Source: Octopus vulgaris
Taxonomy: Eukaryota
DNA length: 64,000 nucleotides
NCBI GenBank assembly: GCA_951406725.2
Contig: OX597822.1
Span: forward strand, 8,618,001-8,682,000
Reading direction: 5' to 3'
The stretch's first letter is position 1; every line of letters begins with the position of its first letter. The notes beneath the pieces were generated by a model. It was not told the origin of the DNA. It was given only the letters and a program-made list of their open reading frames with translations, and did no database searches. Positions 53,217 through 64,000 of the stretch are shown here, piece by piece. Position numbers and translations under genes: made by a program.

Positions 53217-53923
53217 GAGAATTTCATTACATGATTTACTCCAAGGTAAAGCTTAACTCTCTCTATTTACGAAGACGTTTCTGTTAATATGACAACCATT
53301 GTGAACTTGTTCCATGGAAGATAATATATTTCCCGAAGGACGACTACTATGTTGTTGCATGGTTGCAGTAATTTAGAAAATGGTATTAATGAATGAATAT
53401 TTTCTATGCATGCAAAGCAAACATTATTTAGGGTACCTTCGGCAGAGGCATTTCCTAATATATCGGAGTTTCTATACGCTGAACATATCTAGATTTTTAA
53501 CATTATCCAAAGGATTTGATTTTTTTTTTTTTCCAGTTGGAATAGATGATGGTGGTAAAATCTTGTATCAAGAGTAGCAAAGAAAAAGTATCGGAACGTA
53601 GGAAATTTATTGTATTATTATTAGCGTTCATTACCTATACGTCTTTTAAATAAGTTGTGGCACCTTTTTTAACAGATACGGATATTTTTTTATAAGTTCT
53701 AACATGTAAAAACGAAATCAGCGATACAAATTCACTGTCACCGAGAATCTAAGCGCTGCATACTGGAGAGAAATGTAGAAAAATATAAAATAATACAGAA
53801 GTGGATTGCAATATCTATAAAGATTTTGAATAAAGTAAAACTTTTGATGGTGATTTGCGTAGACAAAACATAGGAGAAAATTGCACATTAGATAATGAAT
53901 AATTGGAGGTACAAATTGCATAA

Positions 53924-54218
53924 TGGCCCAGTGGTTAGTGCAGCGGACTCGCGGTCGGAGGATCGCGGTTTCGATTCCCAGACCGGGCGTTTGTGTTGAT
54001 TGGGCGAAAACACCTAAAAGCTCCACGAGGCTCCGGTAGGAGGTGGTGGCGACCCCTGTTTCGTTACAACTTTCTCTCACTCTCTCTTCCTGTTTCTTTA
54101 GTAACGCTGCGATGGACTGGCGTCCTGTCAAGCTGGTGGGGTGGGGTCACATACGCCGTAGAAACCATGAAACCGGGCCCATGAGCCTGGCTAGGTTTGA
54201 AAAGGGCGACGTTATCGT
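53924..54218 (+). mobile_element. tRNA-derived SINE (head A + tail Y), 14-bp TSD
   Basis: tggcccagtggttagtgcagcggactcgcgg..ggtttcgattccc. TSD tacaaattgcataa lies at 53910-53923 and 54219-54232. Confidence 0.85.
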
Positions 54219-56152
54219 TACAAATTGCATAAGAAAAAAATAAGGTGATGAGAAAAGACGGCAAAGCAAAAGTAAGAAACACTTGCCTGTTGAGTTTTTA
54301 AATCAATATGCAATGACCTTTCTCTGTAATTTCAAGATTTTCAAGTACTAGTATAGATAAAATCATTATTTAGACGGTACATTTGTATTTTTTCCATTGA
54401 ACGAATATCATTCTCTGCTACTTTGAATGAAAGAAATATTTTATTATGAAACTCACTGATATGAAAGCGTAAATATATTATAAAGGTCAGAACTGTTAAA
54501 ATGTAAGTCAATATTACTGATTTACAGTTTGAAGTAAATGAGAAAATAAATTATGAATTTCATGTCAGCCTGTATTAAAGTAAATGTGGTTCATTTAGGT
54601 TCATCAGGTGGAGTTTTAGAATGACAGACGTGTTGAAACATAAACCAAATTAGATGTAATACGATGCTTAGATTGTATTAAATATATTATCACGGAATAT
54701 TTAACTAAAAATAACAATATACTGCTTTTTACGAAAGCAATTTCATTTACTTAATAAATATATTTTCGTTTACTTTGCAGCCTAAATATCAATTCACTAG
54801 CTTTTGAGCAAATGGAACGACCTTGACATGCCCTATATTTCAAATGTTAGCAACACTATTTCATTAAAAAATCACAAACTACCGTTTATGCATACATGAT
54901 AGAAGTACTTTTTACACATTGTTTGGAAAATATGAAACTTGAATGCGCGCACAGTTCAGTAACAAATATTCACTGAGATTATACAAGTGTCATTGGAGAT
55001 TTTTGGATATCTCCAATAAGATATTTCTACATTATCATTAATGCAAAATGGAGCTAATTCATTGATTCAGTTAAAGATTTGAAAATTATCCTCATTTAGA
55101 GTATACGGGCGGTCTACAGTGAGAAATATAAAGCACAAACCTCACGAATTATCTAACATTTAATTTGTCTGTGTTAATTAGTTTCGATAATGGTTGACTT
55201 TATAAGTGTACGAAACAGATTAGATCAGATTAGATCAGAGTATCTATTATCTGCTTTCAAAACAACAGATAATTAAATTAAAATATTTTTCTTTTAGAAT
55301 ATATCATCATTTAAAATTAATTAAGTATATTTATATCACTTTACAATTTCATGTTATAAAATTTAAGTAACAAAATATTCCTAGGTATAGATAAGTACTT
55401 TAATGAACTTTTCAGCAAGAGTGAAGCTCGATTTATCAGAAAGTTTACGATTATGCGTTGGCATTGAACGGTCTCTATACTGTTTTATTTTTCAGCTCAA
55501 AATGTAAAATGCTTCCATCAGTGAAACTTGACGCGTCATATTTGAAACGATTATTAAGTCTCATGTTTCTTCTCGTGTGTTAGTGTAGGCATTCAGATAT
55601 CTTATCTGCTACTCTGTGACTGTTGATAGTGCTATACAGGAAAGTACACAATTACCCCTTCCCCTTTAAGTAGCCACTATAGTCATAGAAAGTTACCTTA
55701 TTTAGAACTGTGTTATCTTGTGAGGACATACAACAGAGCTTAGGTAGACGATGTTCATGTTTGCAGGTTTATATAATGCATACTAACTGATTAGTGTTTT
55801 TCTTAATGGATTCATTTGACTGTTGCGAATCCACGAAGAAGAAAACCCAGTTTTTTGTTTATAGCTTCTTATTATCGTTTCCTTAGAAGCAATCTTTCAT
55901 TTAACCAATCACGTTAATCCAACTTCTTGCATTAATTAAATACGAAAGTGTACTAACATTTATCCATTATCACTTACGATTTTAATTCATATTGTGTGCT
56001 ATATACTTAAAGGGGAGCAGGAAAACGATAGAGCCAGTCGGTTCACGTCTAGCGTACAGGAACTAAAATATTTTGACTGTTCGAAAAAGATTGGCAGAAA
56101 TTTTAGTATATAGCATATAATGCTTATAGTGAATGAATATATATAATATAGG

Positions 56153-57045
56153 TATGAAAAGGTACCCAAAAGTAACCGCAAGTCTTCTCTGTGGGACAAG
56201 CCCCTGTAGGTCAGACTTCCGCCGCTAGAAGCTGCTTGATGTGACCCACGCATCAGTTTACGGAATGGCGTCGTCGTGTGACGTCGCACTGCCACGTGGT
56301 GCGTCTTTGTTTTAGAATGCTTCTTCCCTGTTCGTCGATTTTTTTCGATGACTGAAACGAAGGAGCAGCGTGCTTCCTTAGAATTCTATTTTCTACTGGG
56401 GAAAACGGAGGCCGAAACAGTTGTCATACTTCAAGCAGCTTACACTGACTTTGTGCCAAGGGCAAATCACAGTATTACGAGTGGGTTCCACGCTTTAGGA
56501 ATGGTCACTTTTCTCTTGAAGGCCAACCTCTTTCAGGACGACCGTCGATTTCCCCAAACGAATGAAAACATCATGAAAATTTATGAACTGATCCTGGAGG
56601 ACCGTCAACGTATAATTAACGAACTTGCTGATATGACTGGTGTATCCTGGAGCTCCTGCAAACGAATGTTAAGCGAGGAATTGCGAATGAAAAGAGTTGC
56701 CACAAAATTTGTACTTGACTTGCTTACGGAAGATCGAAAGCAGTCACGATTGAAATCGTGTTGTGAACTGAAAGTTGAATGTTGACTCGGACCTATTTTC
56801 GAAGATCATCAGTGGTGCAAAAACGCTGGTACTACGGAATATGCGTATGTGGAAGAGGTGAAGAAAACACGTCGGAGGCGTTGAAAGACATCACTTCGCA
56901 AGAGTTCCAGGACTGCTTCGAACAATGGATAACGTCATGCACTGCTCCAAATTGAGAATACTTTGAGGACGACAAAAAGTATAAACATGTAAAACTGAGG
57001 GAAATTCCAGTGTCTTTGGGGTACCCCCCACCCCACCCCCGTATA
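56153..57045 (+). mobile_element. mariner-like transposon, internally deleted
   Basis: ORF 56348-56785 (EQRASLEF..LGKT.AET..; EDRQ..ELADMTGVSWSSC..LSEELRMKRVATKFV..LLTEDRKQSRL). The C-terminal EFQDCFEQW..YFE follows after loss of most of the catalytic domain. Imperfect TIRs are ggtacccaaaag (~56161) and ctttggggtacc (~57014). Confidence 0.85.
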
Positions 57046-57377
57046 TACTATACGTTTTCCAAGCTCACGTTAAAAGTTACAACGAGAAACCTGTCCAAAA
57101 AGACATTTCGTGAGATCATACACAGGAACTCAAAGCTGCAAATCTATCTTCTTACAACCTAACCTTGCCTGCAACAAATACTTACACACACTTACACATA
57201 GAGACATTACATACGCGTGTATCACAATAATCACGTTTCCAAACGATGACGATTTCAACTTATTTCAAACCTACGTTTCGAGTACTCACATTAAGTAGAC
57301 GTTATGAAATAACACCACTGCTAGTCAAAATATGAGTACGTGTTGATATACATACATACACATATACATGCATACGT

Positions 57378-57442
<65 letters not shown>

Positions 57443-58129
57443 TGAATAGATAATAAATAATATATAAGGGTAGAAAAAATTCTATTAAAAATCTTTCTCT
57501 CACCAGCGGTCTAGTGAGAAAGAAAAAATAGTCAAATACTATATAATATACATTCAACAATATAAGGAATGGCCATATAGGACATTCGACTCACTAGAAA
57601 GAGCAGCCAAAACTCATACCGCTAAATAGTTGTAATTCTGAAATAGAAAGAGAAATAAAAACGTTTACCCCTTTCATCTCTGGACTATGCATAGTTTCGG
57701 CAAAACTTTGGCAAATGAATTAATTAAATTAAATTAAATTCATTTACATCTTGCGTGCCTCGTCAGCAGAGAGCCTAGGACGAGTATATGTCCACGAGGC
57801 TATGGTAAAGAAGCCTCCAGGCACATATGCCCTAAATTTTCAAATCTAACCGCAATCGCGCGGTCTACTCAGCAGCAAATATATACCCATGCATTCCGGC
57901 GTGCAGTTTTGACGATCCACTAAAATTAACCAAAAAATCATTAATTAATAAATATAAGGTATTTACATAAGGCTGTAGTAACTCTTAACCCATCTGTGTT
58001 CTTTCTTTACACATGCACACAAGTACACACACACACGTGTGTGAGTGCGTGTGTGTATTGTTCTGACTAGTAATCTTTTCAGGACTACTAGGCCGATGGT
58101 TATATTCGTTTGAGAGCCAAGGGCATTCT

Positions 58130-59000
58130 TTGATGTAACGCAACTCAACGCAAAGTCGACAACTTTCCAGACTCTTATTCCTCAGCTCGTTTGTGCTGAC
58201 AAAGAAATAACGCAGGCTATCATAGGTCTCTTCACTATTACATATGGACTTTTGTAGTTTCCCTCAGGTTGACAAAGAGAAAATCATGTTCCATCTGTCT
58301 CCGTGCTACAATTATGTCGAACGTAATAAATTTGCCAATGGCGCACGATAGAGTTGGTTGACTATTTCGTCTAACTTGTCAACGATCCCTGCTATTTCGT
58401 TGATTCTGAACTAAAACCGACGAACGAAATTTCAATTAATCATGTAGTAGACTTGAAGATCGGGTATAGTCTGACAAAGCCATCGCCATCAAAACCGCGC
58501 TCACTTCTATGAATGATGCGTCTTAACTCTCTTTTCATACTCTTCTGCGATTAGGACGAAAGCCTTGGGAATATTCTATCAAGCGTGCTTTAGTGGGATC
58601 CTAAGCATCAAATGGTAGTCCGTAACACAAGGCATTGTCGTTCTCCAGCAAGCCAACACATGCTGTATTAATATGCTCATATTACATAATGAAATGCGTT
58701 GGATTGGGACCCTTACAAGGGTAGATAATGACAAATTGCCTAAGCAGTTGATTCACGAGGAATAGCAGCGTGGTAAATGACTGGAACCTGAGATATTATT
58801 TGGAAATGTCGTGAGAAGTGACCTTAAAACTGTTAACGTGGATATCAGAGACTTGGAATAGAAGACGGAAAAATTCAAACGGTTTAGAGAGTAACCTGCG
58901 GTAGTTACAAATTACTGCAACACAAAGCATCGAACACTCCATCTTGAAACGAACTCCTTAAGCAGCATTCGACCTCGATCCCAGTTACTTTCCGGCCAGT
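58130..59000 (+). mobile_element. Decayed RTE (BovB-like) LINE 3' region
   Basis: MRWIGTLTRVDNDKLPKQLIHEE*QRGK..LKTVNVDIRDLE resembles the RTE motif LRW.GH..R..D.RLPKQ..YGEL..G.R. Confidence 0.65.
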
Positions 59001-59085
59001 ACCTTTTGCTGTAGGTCCATCGGCCGCCCTTACTACTTATATGAGATCTCATGGCAGCATTTCGTAATTAAAGAAATGGTAATCA

Positions 59086-59148
<63 letters not shown>

Positions 59149-59231
59149 ACAGACAGACAGAGTCTGTGTGACTTTTAGCAAAATCGTTAAATATATGATA
59201 ACTGATATGGACTGTAATAATTAAACTTAAA

Positions 59232-59290
59232 ATGCTCCAGCATGGCCACAGTCACATGACTGAAACAAGTAAAAGAGTAAAGAGTAAAAT
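59232..59290 (+). mobile_element. 3' tail fragment of the 38067-type SINE
   Basis: tgctccagcatggccacagtcacatgactgaaacaagtaaaagagtaaagagtaa. Confidence 0.75.
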
Positions 59291-59617
59291 AGAATCATCT
59301 CTGTATTTATTATCTTGCCCGTTTCCTGTTCGTTCGTGCTTGTGCCAGGCTTCGTAAAAATATATTTGTATGCATAGGTTGGTTAATATTGCAGTAGGTG
59401 TGCTTGTGTGTGCATCTCTCGGTGCAGAGCGTCTCGTCAGGTGATTGTACAAAGAGTATCTCGTTATACAAACCCTGTTTTGCTCGGTGTTGATACAGCG
59501 TGTTGCCAGTGACCGTAGGTCGAAGCTGTTGGGCAGGTATCGTGAGGGATAGATTCCATAGCAATGTGTTTAGCAAATTTTTGTGAGCAATAAAATTTTC
59601 TTGTATATTCCATTTTA

Positions 59618-59671
<54 letters not shown>

Positions 59672-60469
59672 CGTATGGATACCATTATCATTTTTCATAC
59701 ATATGTATGCGTGTGGGTGTATATGTATGTATATTCGCGTGTATGTACATCACATTCGTAATTATTATAATCGACCAATAGAAAGACTTCACTATATATA
59801 TATATATAATTGACGTTTAGCTCCATCCATTTCAAAATTCATCCTGAACTTCAACAGTCAAAACTTCATGTGTGTATGATTTAGAACAAGATAGTTTGTG
59901 AAGTTTTAAATTAGATTAGACTTTTATGTATAGAAAAGGTTAATTGAGATGCCGCTGAAACACATGATAAATTTTCCGCTCGGACATTCATTGGCCACTG
60001 AGTAAATAAATGGTTTTATGCTTCGATGATTCTCTACAGAGTGATGCCTAGATCGATGTTTAGTTAAAGAGGAAAATAATGAACTTTGTCATGAGAAATG
60101 GTGCTTCAAGATATAAAGAGAGATGTGGTGTGGGTTAGATGGTATGTATTTGTTTATGTGTTGGCGATTGTTTGAGACAGAGTGCAAAATTGGGTGGTTG
60201 GTAGACATGGACAAACTATTTGGGTGGAGGATAAGAAATATTAATATGGTTTTATTTCGACAATGGGAAAAAGCTAAAGAAAGAAAAACGTTAGTACGGA
60301 TTGAAAGGAATCGAGTAATGAATGTCATAGGAGAGAGAGAGAGAGAGAGAGAGATAGAGAGAGCGAGAGAGCGAGAGAGACAAAGGAGCGGTGAAGAATG
60401 AAGCAATTAGTGAGAACTTCTAGAATGAAATGAATAAAGGATTATAATAGAGTCACATGTTCAGAAGCG

Positions 60470-60487
60470 CGTACACATACATACACA

Positions 60488-60586
<99 letters not shown>

Positions 60587-60593
60587 CATTATA

Positions 60594-60625
<32 letters not shown>

Positions 60626-60630
60626 CATAC

Positions 60631-60706
<76 letters not shown>

Positions 60707-60720
60707 TATATACGCACATG
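60470..60720. repeat. Long (CA)n/(TA)n microsatellite complex (representative of many similar arrays, e.g. 3660-3720, 4745-4856, 8630-8717, 17295-17352, 18000-18190, 28380-28447, 57380-57440)
   Basis: Directly visible; these arrays produce the [12 protein letters not shown] pseudo-ORFs. Confidence 0.95.
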
Positions 60721-61578
60721 CGTGTGTGCGTATGAACATATGTATATATACATGTGTGCAAGAAACACACACGCTCTATCGATCACACACATATGTATAC
60801 GTATGTATATCTGCGGGTCATATGATATACGTGAATGTGTGTGTATGTGTGTGTGTATAGTTATGTATATATATAAAGACAAAGACAGATTGATTAATCG
60901 ATCGATCGATAGAGAGATAAATAGATAGACTGATGGATAGATTAATTGGTTGGTGGGCGCAAAAGCTAAGGGTGATAGAGAAATTTACATGAAAGAAAAG
61001 AGGCGGGAACGTTAAGTTTTTAGCTTAAAGTATGCATTAATTTAAAAGAGTGTAAGAATGACTGAGGGGCGGAGTGAAGATATATGTTAATGCATTGAAA
61101 TGTGAACTGATTTATACGATGGGCGGTAAAATAATTTATTGATTCATTAAATTATGTGAGTAAAGTGTTCGGTATTAGGTAAAAATGTATGTCTTTAGAA
61201 ACGGTGTATGTGAGTGATTGAGAGAGAGAGAGAGCGGGGTAGCGAGATTTGGAAAGAGATGCAAGAGGAAAGACAAGGTCATTTTAAATTTTAACGCCTT
61301 CTTGCATACCAGTAGCGAACATTTATAAAATAGTCATACAAACTGAAATTTCTTCGTGTATATTCATACATAGGTGTAAGTATATGCGAATGTAAATGTG
61401 CTTGGGTCTATATGCGCTTCCACACATACCTGCACAATTCTGTATGCACGTGACTTTGCGTATACATATATATATATAGATATAAACACTTGCAGAGGCA
61501 CAATAATTTCGCTTTCCTTCTCTCCCTCCCTCTCTCTTTCTCTATCTAGCCATCTATCCCTATCCAGCTACCTACCAA

Positions 61579-61642
<64 letters not shown>

Positions 61643-64000
61643 ATTAACTCGTGAGTATCATGACACAACATGGACGAAAATTTCTTCTTAAGAAAATACA
61701 TTATCAAATAAGTAAACCATAATATCATGAATAGCAAAAGCGAAACCGGTCGATATATTAAAACTATGTAAATATTGTGTATTTTTTTTTTTAACTTCTT
61801 ATATATAATACAACTCACCACGTGGGGGTGCCCGAAATTCCTCCTTTTCTGTTACTACTATATATATATATATACACATACACACATCTGTGTGAGAGTG
61901 CACGCATTTGTATGTGTCTGTGTTTGTGTGCGTCTTGCATGTGTATGTGTGAGTGTGTGGGGGGTTGTGTATGATATGCATTTGCAAACACGTTTCATAA
62001 ATCGTCAGAAACATGACATTCCCTATCATCATAATGAATATTTTACTAAACATTGTCACACACATTAAGAGATACAAAGTCAAAACGCTGCGCAGTTCTT
62101 CAAACAAATGTCGGTCAACTATAAGGATTTGAAGCATAGGTATTATATTGCCATTTAAATCATGTGTCATAGCGTGCTGTTTCCTACTGTCATAGGGTGC
62201 AGTTTTATCATTGTAATAATTACAGTTATCATTATAATTATTACAATAATCTTTTATCTTCAATAATTATGGCATTTTATTTTTATGTTTTATAAAAATA
62301 AGAAGCATCTTTTAGTGACAATAGATTAGATTACAAGCATTTGTTTTCGGCTTGTATCTATAAAGAGAATGTTTACTATAATCCTCTTAAAACAGCCAAC
62401 AACCGTTTAGTAACAATGGCAGCACATTTAATTAAAGAAATGGCTCTAATGTCAAAAACGTAATCTAGATGCGTATATAGTTAATGGAAATGACGAAACA
62501 AAAATAAGAAGTGTGTCATAGATTTCCTTCTTTGATTTTGCTCAGGTTATAATGTTATTGATTAGCTCCAAGTAATATTTAGTTCAAATGCGTGCTTTGT
62601 CCGTCAATATACTCTATGGTTTTCAAACACGATATATTTAGACCAATATTATTCGGTGCAGTATTTCATTTAATGGATGTGTCTTGATTGTACTTTTGTA
62701 GCTATTAAAAACTATTTATAAACTATTTATAAACACCATTGGAATGGTGTTTTCCGAATGATGGAGACTCATCAGTGGATGATTAGACACAATGATTCGA
62801 GTTCAATGAATTTCAACTTAACAGAGAGGGACAAACAAATGGATTGGTTATAAAAATGTAGATAATCCCATTTAAATCAAAAGACCGCTATAAAGTCACC
62901 CCAAAGATTCGTTGCTTATATCATCAGGATGCGGCTCGCATTTTTTATTCTGTAACAACTGAATTATGCTTATTTCATATACGTTTGTATTTTTGTTAAT
63001 CTCTAAGGCACTGTTTTAAATGTCAGCTTCGAATGACCAAATCTTCAATGTCAGGTGGGCTTTCAATACTTGTTGACGTAACAATCACCGAATTTCACTG
63101 TTGTCATCTCACAGTTCATATGTAATTTGACAGACGTTTCGTGAATCATATACATCTGTAAATATATATTTCTTTGACTTTACTATTAATAGTTAAATAT
63201 AATGTCCATAAAGTCCATACTGAAAACATATATAAACAACATATTTTAGAGTATCTTAATATTATGAAATTTTCGGAACAAATGAAAAAAACATTTTGAA
63301 TGTTTCAGTAATATAACAAAGTTGTTTTTAACATTGATCACAATATTTCAAACAGCGAAAAAATACAGAAAGTTAGTTTCAACTTCTTTAAAAGCATTCT
63401 AGTTCCAGTTGTGTATGCGCGCGCGCCTGTGTGTGCATAATTTTTTTCTCTTATTTTGTCGTTCCGAACTGCTTTTACATTTTAAGAATCCATAAGTTGT
63501 TCAACACTTGGCTTTAAGAAAGCATTTTCTTGACATTTCAGACATAGTTTTTGTGATAGAAAACGTTAACAAAAAAAAAAACAAAAAAAACAAACGTATG
63601 TATTATATGAATATATTGTATTAGCATTCGTACACAAGCTTAAATTTATTGATATTTTAAAGTTCTAGATTTCGAGATAACCTCACAAAATATAGTATCT
63701 TGTCACTTGCAGTATTTGATTTATTACTGTTAACTTATTTTTATATTTAAAAGTAATTTTAATAGCACATATACATACTAACAATGTTTTATTAGTTAAA
63801 CGCACACAAACTTTTATGACCTGCACTTACAATTTTGAACAGCATTTTGTACTGACTAATATATATACACAGTAGCTCTAAATAATTTGCTAGCAGCATT
63901 ATCACAATACGTCTATGTTAAATGACGGCCACTGTTTTCCTAATTCAACAATTGCAGCTTTCAAAACCAGCTGCAGTCCAATAGCCCCATAGCCTTAGCC

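Noticed and set aside
53924-53990. Possible tRNA gene (also the heads at ~30300-30366, 31490 and 38067)
   Set aside because: A and B boxes are present, but they continue into SINE bodies, often with TSDs, and I see no complete cloverleaf.

Overview
This is eukaryotic nuclear DNA, not a prokaryotic locus. It is AT-rich, full of (TA)n, (CA)n, (TAGA)n, (TACA)n and (TAA)n microsatellites, and dominated by decayed transposable elements. The SINE set and the mix of Dong/R4, RTE, CR1, Tx1, Penelope-like, Tc1/mariner, hAT and Helitron-like elements resemble what I recall from coleoid cephalopod (Octopus-like) genomes; this is inference, not verified. I recognise no intact host gene, rRNA, tRNA gene or CRISPR array. 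Most ORF-track entries are microsatellite artefacts or broken TE frames. Four features stand out. (1) A ~410-bp element at 30934-31346 contains a 144-nt hairpin whose only non-Watson-Crick pairs are three tandem G.A/A.G pairs and three G.T wobbles, capped by the ultrastable GCGAAAGC loop, so it should fold much better on one strand than on the other. (2) A SINE is flanked by a 97-bp target-site duplication. (3) A ~950-bp promoter/first-exon-like block is duplicated ~9.5 kb apart, and its downstream copy leads into a plausible spliced small ORF. (4) There is a 590-bp foldback element. All identifications come from manual reading and translation; no database searches were run.
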